Source: Naegleria gruberi (lineage: Eukaryota). Taken from it: DNA of 64,000 nucleotides. The stretch lies in the NCBI GenBank assembly GCA_000004985.1, contig GG738918.1; one strand, 5' to 3'. The position numbers and the translations under genes are program-made. This document shows, piece after piece, positions 54,096 through 64,000 of this stretch. Position 1 is the stretch's first letter. Each line of letters opens with the position of its first letter. The notes under the pieces are model-generated. The model saw only the letters and a program-made list of their open reading frames with translations, did no database searches and was not told where the DNA came from.

Positions 54096-55157
54096 CTATT
54101 GATTAGTAGTATCAAAGGAGCCAGGACTAGCTAGGCAAACCAAATGCATCGAGGAGTAATCAGAAAAGAGTAATCTTCCTCCCTTATTGTCTATATGAAT
54201 ACCAATTGGATTAATTATTGAGCCATGAGTAATTTTCTTGACGAGTTCTCCTGTTGGGGTGAACACTTGAATGGCATTGGCAAAATCAGATGCATATATA
54301 TAATCATTAGAGTAGTCGATTGACAAGCCATAAATATCCTTAAATGTTCCAAACGAATTCACTACTGTGTAAGAGTCACCATCTTGTCTCAACACAAATA
54401 TCTTTCTTTTATCACAATCTCCAATAATTAAATCTCCCAAGCTATTGAATGATATTGACCAAGGACCAAGTAAATCCGAGGCAAGGCTTATGCTTCTCAA
54501 AACTGAACCAGTATTCGAATCCAAAAATTGAATTTGTTTCTCAGTCTTCTCACAAACCAATATCAGATTCTGATTGTATGGTCTATATTTTATGGTTAAT
54601 CCCTGTGGATCAGTTACTTTTCTTGTCCATTCCTTTATATCTGGAACTGCAAATTTATCTTTCGAATCACACAACAATGTAGACAATTTACATTTTACAA
54701 CTCCAAATTTTGTGTTGGTAAAATACAAGTACAATTCTCTAGAATCAATAATCTCAATGGCCATATATCTTGGTCGAACAGAATCAGAATGCCAATCAAT
54801 TACTTTCTTTTGTTTTAAGGTATTATAATCAAATACAACAATTCTATTCTTCAATTGATCACAAACCAAAATACACTGATAATCAGTTGAAATTTTAACA
54901 TCCAATGGATAGGACATGTTGTCTCCATTCAATTTTCCAACATTTGCATCAAAACGTTGATAATCAAATCCAACATATTTTGCATATTTTCTCATCTTTG
55001 ATTGAAGAAATCTAAATAATGGTCGTGTGTGCTCTAAATCCTGCTCCGAATCGTCAATTTTTGAAACGTGATCAAGAAGATACATCCGATCAGAAGTAAC
55101 AAAATCGACAAGTTGCACCACAACACATCCAAGGTTAGTTATCAAGTTTGTCGACAT
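54096..55157 (-). CDS. NHL-repeat-like beta-propeller protein
   Basis: Repeated blocks such as IIGDCDKRKIFVL, IYASDFANAIQVF, GIHIDNKGGRLLFSDYSSMHLV are typical of NHL/six-bladed propeller repeats. Confidence 0.4.
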   Translation of the reverse strand: MSTNLITNLGCVVVQLVDFVTSDRMYLLDHVSKIDDSEQDLEHTRPLFRFLQSKMRKYAKYVGFDYQRFDANVGKLNGDNMSYPLDVKISTDYQCILVCDQLKNRIVVFDYNTLKQKKVIDWHSDSVRPRYMAIEIIDSRELYLYFTNTKFGVVKCKLSTLLCDSKDKFAVPDIKEWTRKVTDPQGLTIKYRPYNQNLILVCEKTEKQIQFLDSNTGSVLRSISLASDLLGPWSISFNSLGDLIIGDCDKRKIFVLRQDGDSYTVVNSFGTFKDIYGLSIDYSNDYIYASDFANAIQVFTPTGELVKKITHGSIINPIGIHIDNKGGRLLFSDYSSMHLVCLASPGSFDTTNQ

Positions 55158-55363
55158 TTTTTTTTCTATTTTTAAATTTCATTATTTCTTAATAAAAACT
55201 GGGAGAGAACAAGGAAATTGAGAGAAAAAGGTTGAATTGAAGAAAAGTTATTCGAAAAATATAAGGAAATTATAGGACAAATAGATGGAATGGTTCGCAA
55301 TTATTTTAACTAAATATCTCTCAATCAAGGCTTATCATTTTTGGTCAACTAATATTGAAAACA

Positions 55364-56959
55364 ATGTCTCTACGACTATTCGAAAGCAAAATGATCTACC
55401 ACTCTGTAGATCAATCATCAAATTCTTCATCAAATTCAACAACGATCAATAGCTACAGTGCATGTCCCGATTGGTTTCCTTATCATTTAGCACTGAATTT
55501 AAATTCAAGTAATTCTTTGAATATGGAATGTCCTGATACTATAGTTGTTCCTATATTTGCTGGAGTTGTTTTATTCTGTTTTATTATATTCACTGTAACT
55601 GGTTTAATTTGTTTATTTTGGAAGAGAAATTCTGCCTACATTAGAGCTAGGTCATTCTCTTCATTGCTAATGACCATTTTGTCAAACACGTTGATTTATG
55701 GCATGGTTTCAATGAGATGCTTGATTGGAAAGGATGATTTTCCTTGTTTTTTAATGTCATTGTCGACCTTCCTTATTGGACCTTTATTTTCCATTCCTTC
55801 AATTGTCAGAGGAATTCGATTAATTATATTATACAGGACTACATTGGAAAGAACAAAGACTTTCAATAACACGGACACCTCTTCCATGAATAAGGTTGAG
55901 AATTTTAATTGTGGAGAAACAACAGTTACTAATTGGTCAGACGAAGTGGAAAAGAGAGATTCCAAGCAACTGAAATATCTTAATCTTGCCAATCGATTAT
56001 TACAAAGCCATTTGTTTACAATAGTATTTACAACCTTGATGCTTTTTTTGCATATTCTTATTTGGATGACTATTGGACTGATTGAGGATCAATACTATTC
56101 CTCTAATAGATTCATCACCACAAATAGTAGTATGTTTAATTATAAGGGGTGTTACTCAAGTGGACCTTCTGGAATTATAATCACTTCCTTTGTTGCGTTT
56201 TATCTGGCAATTGATTTGATTGTAATTATTGTCTTATTCTTTACAACAGAAAAAGATACATTTAGAATCAAATCAGAGTTGATCATCCTGTCAGTTTCGA
56301 GATTGTTTCTTGTTGTGATTTATTTCATAGCTACCCAAGTTCAGTTTTTCAAATATCTGGCAAGAATTATTCCAAACAATCACATTTTTCTTTCGTATGC
56401 TTTCGTTGAGATTATTATTTCAATTCTGTGGCCTGTTTTCAGAGAATCAATGCAGAAACGAGGTGAGCATAAAGTGTTGGAAAGTGAAATTGAATCCGTG
56501 CTCAACAACAAGGAAACTTTGAAGGTTTTGTTGGATTTTGCAAGGAGAAGTTTTTGTCCTGAAGGAATTCTATTTTACAAAGATGTGCAACATTACAAAA
56601 AATTGGTAATCAAGTATCAAGATCATGAATTCAATACAGCATTTCATAACACAGAAACAATCAAGAAACATCGATCAAATGTGCAAAAGTTAGTTTCGAA
56701 TATTGTGAAAAGCTACTTGGCTGAAGGAAGTGTCAATGAATTGAATTTGCCAAATGTCAAAATATTGAGGAATGACATTAATGCTAAACTAGCAGAATTG
56801 GAACATAACCATTCACCTTATCCCGTCGATTTATTTGATTCTGCTCAAGTGGAAACATTACTTACAATTCTTGGATTATACGAAAGATTGAAATATTCCA
56901 ACAAGTCAATTCTAGACTATTCTACACATTGGAGATCAAAAACAACTCCTCACATCTGA
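55364..56959 (+). CDS. 7-transmembrane protein with C-terminal RGS domain (paralog B)
   Basis: ATG at 55364. Same architecture as 41830..43440: CPDWFPYHL...MECPDTIVVPI extracellular Cys pair, seven helices, and KETLKVLLDFARRSFCPEGILFYKDVQHYKKL RGS core. Conserved C-terminal blocks LAEGSVNELNLPNVK and VDLFDS also match the paralog. Confidence 0.65.
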   Translation: MSLRLFESKMIYHSVDQSSNSSSNSTTINSYSACPDWFPYHLALNLNSSNSLNMECPDTIVVPIFAGVVLFCFIIFTVTGLICLFWKRNSAYIRARSFSSLLMTILSNTLIYGMVSMRCLIGKDDFPCFLMSLSTFLIGPLFSIPSIVRGIRLIILYRTTLERTKTFNNTDTSSMNKVENFNCGETTVTNWSDEVEKRDSKQLKYLNLANRLLQSHLFTIVFTTLMLFLHILIWMTIGLIEDQYYSSNRFITTNSSMFNYKGCYSSGPSGIIITSFVAFYLAIDLIVIIVLFFTTEKDTFRIKSELIILSVSRLFLVVIYFIATQVQFFKYLARIIPNNHIFLSYAFVEIIISILWPVFRESMQKRGEHKVLESEIESVLNNKETLKVLLDFARRSFCPEGILFYKDVQHYKKLVIKYQDHEFNTAFHNTETIKKHRSNVQKLVSNIVKSYLAEGSVNELNLPNVKILRNDINAKLAELEHNHSPYPVDLFDSAQVETLLTILGLYERLKYSNKSILDYSTHWRSKTTPHI

Positions 56960-57117
56960 TCATGATTCAAATAATTGCATCATTCTCATATGCTTCCTTT
57001 TAACTTTCAACTTTGAATTTTAACAAGTTGTTCAAAGTTCATCCTTAAACTATTTTCAAATTTCTATTTCAGAATTGAAATAGTTTACTTCAATTTCCCT
57101 CCCACCTATCTAAAAAA

Positions 57118-57417
57118 ATGGTCAACTGCCCCAAGACGATCAATGCCTATTGTGTCAAGTGTAAAACACATAAAGAACACAAAGTTTCACAATACAAGGC
57201 AGGTAAAACAAGACGTACAGCTAAAGGTCAAAGATTTTATGTCATTAAACAGAAAGGATATGGTGGACAGACAATGCCAATCTTTCACAAGAAGGCAAAA
57301 ACCACCAAAAAGATTGTTTTGAAATTGTATTGTAAAGATTGTAAAAGATGTAATCAGAGATGTTTGAAAAGATGTAAACATTTTGAGATTGGTGGAAGAA
57401 AGAAGAGTGAAATGTAA
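57118..57417 (+). CDS. divergent ribosomal protein eL42 (RPL36A/L44e)-like
   Basis: [27 protein letters not shown]...[34 protein letters not shown] parallels eL42 [30 protein letters not shown]...[34 protein letters not shown]. Both zinc-ribbon Cys pairs are kept. Only about 55-60% of positions match. Confidence 0.75.
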   Translation: MVNCPKTINAYCVKCKTHKEHKVSQYKAGKTRRTAKGQRFYVIKQKGYGGQTMPIFHKKAKTTKKIVLKLYCKDCKRCNQRCLKRCKHFEIGGRKKSEM

Positions 57418-57708
57418 AATGTGGAATTGGAGAAATATAATGGAGATTTTAGAGTGCTTTGGATATGAAATTGTGTTATTCGAAATAGTGGAAATTGCAT
57501 TCGAATGCAATTTAATATTTGGAGAAAATGATTCATCAGAATTAGGATCATTGAAATTAGTAAACACTAATTGAATCAATTTCAAAAACTTATAATTCCT
57601 CTTCTAAGCCTAATCCAAATTTGTTAATTCTACATTTTTAACACTTTAATACTTTAGAATATTTCCAACCGAATCATTCTAAACTCAGAAATTAAACTCA
57701 AAAAGAAA

Positions 57709-59338
57709 ATGAAGATCCCCATCGAATCAATTTGGAAACAATCTTTCAAACAGTCTCAAACTCAATTTCCCAAACTCAGTGGATTAGGTCCAGAGGTGGT
57801 AAATTTCATTCATTTTAAATTATTCGAAATAATGTTTTTTGTTATTTAAGGATGTTTGTGTTGTGGGAGGAGGTGTATTTGGCTTACAAACAGCATTGAA
57901 ATTAGTGGAGAAGGGTAAGAAGGTTGCAATTGTTGAAAGTGGACAAGTTGGTTCTGGAGTTTCGAATAACACAACAGCTAAGGTTTCTGCACTTCATTCC
58001 ATTATTTATTCGAAAATTGAAAAGAAATTTAATAGAAGTGTTTCCTCCCAATATGCCCAAATGAACATGGCAGGCGTGAGAGAAATGGGAAATACTATCA
58101 AGAAGTATGGTATCGAATGTGATTGGACTAAATCAGATTCGTATACTGTTGCCCTTTCAGATAGCGAATTGAGAATTGTTCAAGATGAAATTGACGCTGC
58201 CAATCATGCTGGTCTATACGGAGTAGATTACATCTATCCAGATCATTTAAAAGAAATACCATTTCCAAATAAGGGAGCCATTCGTCTAAAAGATCAATAT
58301 GTCTTCAACTCATTTGCCTATTGCCAAGGTTTAGCCAAAGCATTAGAAAAGAGTGGTGTCTTTATTTATGAGAATTCTCGTGTGCATGGTGTAGAATATG
58401 CCTCTCCGCACATTATTTCAACCAATGAAGGAAATGTAATGGCAGATAAAGTTGTCATTGCAACACATTTACCAATTTTAGATAGATCTGGACACTTCTC
58501 AGTGATTGAAGCACAATCTTCCTATTGTGTTGCATTCAAAATGAAAGAAGGAGTCAAAGCACCTATTGGAAACTATATAACTATTGGAAAGTGCGACGAA
58601 TTTGGAATCAAGTCAATCAGAAGTGCAGAAAATGGTAAAATCCTCATTATTGCTGGTAATAGCAACAAGTGTGGTGAATTCCATCCAACAGGAAACAGCC
58701 AAGATATTTACGATAATTTAATCGAATTTGGTTTTAATAATTTCAAAGTTGAAAAGGCAATTTGTGGTTGGTCAGCTCTTGATTACTTTACTGCAGATAC
58801 GATTCCATACTTTGGATTATTGCATCATGGTATTAATACTGTTTATACGGCAACTGGTTGTAGAAAGTGGGGTTTCTCCAATTTGAGTGCTGCCTCATTA
58901 ATCGTTTCAGATATGATATGCGAAACTCTTGATCCAGACACAACTGGCCTGTGGTCTCAAACATTCGATGCCAGAAGATGGGATCTCACCAAATCAACCC
59001 TCTCAATGGTCAAATTCCAATCCAATGTTGCCAAACATTTCGTCGCCACCAGAATTCGTGATGTTATTAAGGCAAGAACAATAGATGAATTGGGAATTGA
59101 AGATGGTGGAATTTGTAAACAAGGATTAGAAACAATAGCTGCATATAGAGATGGTAAGGGTGAATATCATCTCTTCCATCCAACATGTACTCATTTGGGA
59201 TGTCATTTGGATTATAATAATGCTGAAAAGACATTTGACTGTAGTTGTCATGGAAGTAGATTTAAGGCAACTGATGGAGAAGTAATTCATGGACCAGCTG
59301 TGAAGCCATTAACTCCATTACCTTTGAATAAATTGTAA
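57709..59338 (+). CDS. FAD-dependent oxidoreductase (DAO-like) fused to a C-terminal Rieske [2Fe-2S] domain; exons 57709..57798 and 57851..59338
   Basis: 52-nt GTAAAT..TTTAAG intron 57799..57850 supplies an ATG-initiated leader ([30 protein letters not shown]) to the body, which lacks an ATG. Dinucleotide fold [18 protein letters not shown]...VAIVE. C-terminal Rieske box CTHLGCHL...CSCHGSRF. Confidence 0.65.
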
Positions 59339-59764
59339 TTCATAGTATTAAATATAATATTTAATAGAGTTTACAATTTATTGCAATGACAATTTAGATG
59401 TTAAAAATTTGAATAGTTTTAGATATTGAACCTATCTCGGGATGATTATCAATTTAATTCTTCTTCAATAACTTTCTTCTCAATTACATTAGAAACTTAA
59501 CTTAACTAAACGAATTGACCAATATCCACATTCTTATCAAATAAATCAACAATTAATGCACTCATACGACTGTTAATGGTCGTAATTTGAAAATAACAAA
59601 ATCGGTGATGTGAATATGTCATCATCCAACATCACAAACGTCAAGAGCAATAAAAAAAAAGCTGTCACTCATCAATTTTAATTAAAAATTACACTGAAAA
59701 GATATTGTATTTAAAACACATAACACAGTGAGCATCTACACAATAGAAAACGAACCTTTTCAAA

Positions 59765-62700
59765 ATGGATCCAAAGAAGAAGGGTGAATTATTAGCCCCA
59801 ACTTTTGACAAACTTCAAAAGTTTTCTGAAATGATTACAGCTGCCCTATTCACAGCTCCAATTCATTGTCAGATATATAAACAAAAACTTAGACAAGCTG
59901 CTGAGGTGGAGAGAACAGTCGAGTCTGAGAATCAGGTACAATTGGTTTCTGCCTCCTCACCAACACCAACCACTAATCTTTTATCGACACCATCAGGTTT
60001 ATCAGGTGGAAGTGTGAGTTCTCCAGTGTTGGCTGGTACCTCTCCATTGATTGTTGGTGTTTCCACGTTGAATATTACTAGTGGTGATGATGGTGCTTCT
60101 TCTAATAATAATTCGGCAACATCACCTTCATCTTCATCTTCTACAACAACAACAAATAATTTGCAACCTTCTACAACAACAACATCAGCATCAGCATCAA
60201 CAACAACAGAAGTTGTAGCAAATAGTGATGAAAAGTTAGTTGAGAATAGTTTGAATGGTGGTACCACCACAGTAGAGGCCTCTGCAACAACAACTCCTTC
60301 TATTACTACTACAACAACAACAACAACAACAGCAGCAAATATTGTTGAAGAAGAAGAAGATAAATTTGAGGCTAGAAAAATTGAGGTCGAAGTTGATTGG
60401 GAGAGTTTTAACGAATTGTTTAATACATTGTTTAATGAGGGAGCTCCTGAGGTGATTGATACAATTTTGAATTCATTCCTTTCAAAGTCTTGTGCTGCCT
60501 CTCTGATTGGTACTTTAATATCACAATACTGTAAACCACCACAAAATCGTAAGTTATTTTCTAATAATTGGTTCATGTGATGTATATAATAATAATTATA
60601 TGTTTAATTAATTAACAATATTGTATATGAATACAAAACGACAAAACGACCACTATTGATCTCGTATATATTATTAAATTGTATTCATCCACATACTAAT
60701 TGTATCTCTCGTTAATCATGATAATACAACAATAATATCAAAATGACAATATTAAATTAATACTAATAATATTGTGAATAATAATAATAATAACAACAAA
60801 TAACAACAAATTATAATAGATAATGAAAAATCAAAACACGTATATATTAGAGATTTTCTTCAACAAAACTTGAAAAAGTACGTGATTAAATACAGTGATG
60901 ATCCACGTGATGTTGGATATTATAAAGATGGTGTTATTGTTGATGTGGTTGAAATTGAAGTTACTCAAGATGAAACTATTCAATGGATATTTAGAGATAT
61001 AACTAAAAACCTTGACAGATGTACAGATATTCAACAATTTATCATTGAAAAGTATTATATTCCAGAGTTTGAGAGAAGAATTTTGAATGAATTTTTGCAT
61101 CCACTCAAATTACAAGTGAATTGGGATCACATGAAATATGCTGCCTTTGATTATCCACGTGCAGTTGAGAGAATTTACAAGGAACAATCACAATGTGTTC
61201 TAGAACAAGTTTATTTAGCAATGAGTGATATTTGTGCATATGAGGAGGATGATCTAGTTGATGCTCTTTCACTTGGTTTAACAACAATTGCTATTACTCT
61301 TCAACCAAGTCCACACTCTGGCACAGGAGAAAGACCAAAGAAGGATTTTGACATTCATGAAGCAACTAGAACACTTACATTACGTTTGGTTTTAGAAGGA
61401 CATGATATGAATGGCATGTTCTTTAGAGATGAATTAAAGCCAATTATCAAATTGGCTGGTTTGTACAGTACAGATATTACACCACTTTTCAAATTTGAAA
61501 TTTTAGCTTCTGCAGCTCAATTGTATAAAGTACGCGAATATGCTGATTTGAGTGGTATGAAGAGATTACTTTCTAGACCAGATTTGAATTGGTGGACTCC
61601 AACTGAAGTTGAAAAATCAATCATTGATAAGGCACGTGTCTTTATCAATGAAAATATTCGTAGACGTGACTCAAAGAAGAGTGGTTCACAACATTCCAAC
61701 GATGAAAATATCATGAATAATTATGAAGATGATGGTATGGGAGAGGATGAAGGTTATGATGACGATGAAAATATGAATAATCCATATCATGAAGAAATTA
61801 TTAAGGGATGGCATGTTATCAAAGTTAACAAACATCAAATCAATCAAGATCGTTATTTAATTTTGACTGACAAGGCATATTGGACATTAAAATATGATGC
61901 CAAGACAGGTTTTGATCCAAAACACTTCAAGAGACACGATATTTGCAATTTCTATTTCACAGAACAAGGTGATATTGAAAATACAAAGAATGGTGCCATT
62001 CAAGCTCTTAAAGTTTACTTGCATGAAAAGAGAAAGAAGGGCATGATTTCTGCTGAAGAATCTGCTGCCATTGTAGGCAATGGAAGAAAGGGTTCTATCA
62101 GTGTTCGTGCCTCTATGAAGTTTACAACCTCTGCTGCAGGTCAACAATTTGCCTTCTTGCAAACATTGAGTTATCAATTATTGCAGGACAGTGGCATTCC
62201 TAGAACTCGTGTGAAAAAGAAGAAGGCCGAAAGAGCACGACCAGAAAGAAATAAGGATGTAACTGAATATGCTAGTTTATTCTTACCTCACAGTGAGGAA
62301 AAGGAGTTTGATGTTGAGGATATTAAGAGTATTCTGACGGAAATTTCTTGGTGTTTGTTTGCTGTTGCCAATGCAAACTCTAAGAGAATTCACCCTAACT
62401 ATAAGGTCATCGAGCCATTCTTCTCAATCAAAGATTTTACAGTTCCAAAATCAAAGTGGTTCTCTCCATTTGTTAACATGTTTAAGAGTCCTAAGAAAAC
62501 ATCAACAACAACTACCACCAAGGAGAAGAAGATTGCCCGTAAGGATCACGGAAAATCTGGACATACTGATCCAACAAAAGAAGATGAAGAAGAAGGACAA
62601 ACTTCAACAACTTCTGGAGAATTCGTCACAAAGAAACAACCACTTCCAGTTGACAAACAACAACATACCAAACCAATTCTTAAAATCAGACAAGAAGAAC

Positions 62701-62924
62701 AAAGAATTAGTTTCAATCCAAACTTTAGAGCACCAGCAACTACAGGTTACACACCGACTGGTGTCATTATCACTAAGGAGGATGAGGAAAAAGGTCAAAG
62801 CCGAAGAATTACCTTCAAGGCAACAGCTAGAGTATTCTACACTGGTAATGAAGAAGATCAAAATACTGGTTTCTATGCTGTAGAGGAAGATTTAATTGAC
62901 GAAGAAGTAGATGAGGTTCAATAA
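59765..62924 (+). CDS. hypothetical protein, tentative two-exon model 59765..60548 and 60853..62924; Ser/Thr-rich mucin-like N-terminal region, unassigned C-terminal region
   Basis: The 684-aa ORF has no ATG: its track start is TTG and the first Met is ~86 aa inside. A GTAAGT donor at 60549 and a TTAGAG acceptor at 60852 would join the upstream 271-aa ORF in frame (..KPPQN-H-FLQQNLKKYVIKY..). T/S runs (TTTTTTTTAA) in the first exon. Confidence 0.35.
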
Positions 62925-63330
62925 TCATTTTGTAATTATTAAATTTTAGGACAAATTCAAATCCAAATATATTGAATATAGCACTCATTGTACGTGCCAT
63001 TATTGTTGTCTACTGTAATAGATGACACACCTTGTGAGTGCACGTTGTAAAGTATGATCCCAACAGACAACCCTCCTCTACAAAAATTAAAAAGAATTCC
63101 AATCAAGTTATGATTCAAATAAAATACAAATTATTTAAAATTGTTGTGAAAATTTGTAAAAATTCAATTTATTACACGTTCAATGAAAATTGAAAACAAA
63201 CCATTGAAGCCAAACAAAACTTTTCATTGTAAAATTTTCAGTTCTCTTTGTCGCTTATTTAAATTAATTTAAGCGCTAGCTATTTTAATTCATTTCATCC
63301 AATTTTAGAATCATTTCCAAGACAAAAAAA

Positions 63331-64000
63331 ATGGTTGCACAAAACTTGATTCTCATTGTTGGTGATTATGGTGAGTGTTCATTCCTTGCTGATGATGATG
63401 ATTTATTAAATTTTAATATTATTTATTATTGAATAAATTTAATGGATGAATTGACAATTAATTCATTATCGGATTAATCAATTAATTTAATTAATGATGA
63501 TGATGATCGGATCAAATAGTTGAGGACTATGAAGCTATGGTTCCTTATCAAGCCTTGACCATGGTTGGTCACTCTGTTAGTGTCATTTCTCCAGGAAAGA
63601 AGAAGGGTGATAAGGTTGTCACTGCAATTCATGATTTCTTACCTGGTGAACAAACTTACACTGAATTGAAGGGACATAATTTTGCTATTACTGCTGATTT
63701 TGATGATGTTCTCTCAAATTTGGATAATTTTGGAGGGTTGATTCTTCCTGGAGGTAGATGTTCTGAATATTTGAGATTGCATGATAATGTTTTGACAATT
63801 GTCAAGCATTTCCTTGAAAAGAAAAAGCCAATTGCTGCCATTTGTCATGGACCTTTGATTTTGACACCATTCCCAGAACATTTGAAGGGAAAGAGAATTA
63901 GTGCCTATTTTGCTTGTAAACATGATATTCAAAATACTGGTGCTGAATATGTTCAATGTGGAGCTGAAGATGCCGTAGTTAGTGATAATATTGTCACTGG
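63331..64000 (+). CDS. DJ-1/PfpI-family (class I glutamine-amidotransferase-like) protein, 3' partial; exons 63331..63370 and 63520..64000 onward
   Basis: ATG in aaaaaaaATG context. 149-nt GTGAGT..AATAG intron. Nucleophile elbow KPIAAICHGP and preceding LILPGG block typical of DJ-1/PfpI. The CDS runs off the window end. Confidence 0.65.

Noticed and set aside
59932-60576. 214-aa minus-strand ORF rich in Val runs (VVVVVVVVV)
   Set aside because: It is the antisense of the ACA/ACT-rich Thr tract of the plus-strand gene and is not an independent gene.
1-64000. tRNA genes, CRISPR arrays, operons, retrotransposon ORFs (RT/integrase)
   Set aside because: I found no convincing tRNA D-loop/T-loop pair (GGTTCGAATCC-like boxes with a matching acceptor stem), no regularly spaced direct repeats, and no reverse-transcriptase or integrase motifs. 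The genes carry spliceosomal introns, so prokaryotic features are not applicable.

Overview
The window is AT-rich, gene-dense eukaryotic nuclear DNA, most consistent with a dictyostelid social amoeba (Amoebozoa). It is not prokaryotic: there are no operons or CRISPR arrays, and I found no tRNA gene. The evidence for the assignment is: A-rich Kozak contexts (aaaATG); Asn/Gln/Ser/Thr low-complexity tracts; very short AT-rich GT..AG introns (39-68 nt, a few longer); and a 5S rRNA of dictyostelid type. About 38 protein-coding genes lie on both strands.

Genes I can recognise:
- ABCG (White-type) half-transporter
- casein kinase I with a long N-terminal Q/N/Y-rich extension
- N-terminal-motor kinesin
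- UBA3 (NEDD8 E1 catalytic subunit)
- Vps11 (HOPS/CORVET RING subunit)
- ACG-like receptor adenylyl cyclase
- Zn2Cys6 zinc-cluster transcription factor
- DJ-1/PfpI protein (3' partial)
- alpha/beta hydrolase
- NHL beta-propeller protein
- TKL-like protein kinase
- XRN-like nuclease with a C-terminal dsRBD
- FAD-oxidoreductase/Rieske fusion
- two paralogous 7TM-RGS membrane proteins

Most notable observations:
1. An F-box/LRR gene fused to a degenerate PI3K-like (C2-helical-kinase) pseudokinase module, with a single in-frame TAG splitting the LRR region.
2. A dispersed 5S rRNA gene lying directly next to a ~30-bp inverted-repeat-bounded cassette that carries a divergent tandem di-ubiquitin-like gene.
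3. Two further divergent paralogs of normally ultra-conserved proteins, a beta-tubulin-like gene and an eL42/RPL36A-like gene, in the same window.
4. A Rho/Rac GTPase gene relic lacking its start and its 3' half.
5. Several unusual domain fusions: XRN+dsRBD, FAD-oxidoreductase+Rieske carrying a spliceosomal intron, and 7TM+RGS.

All functional calls come from reading the translated ORFs against remembered family motifs. No database search was run.
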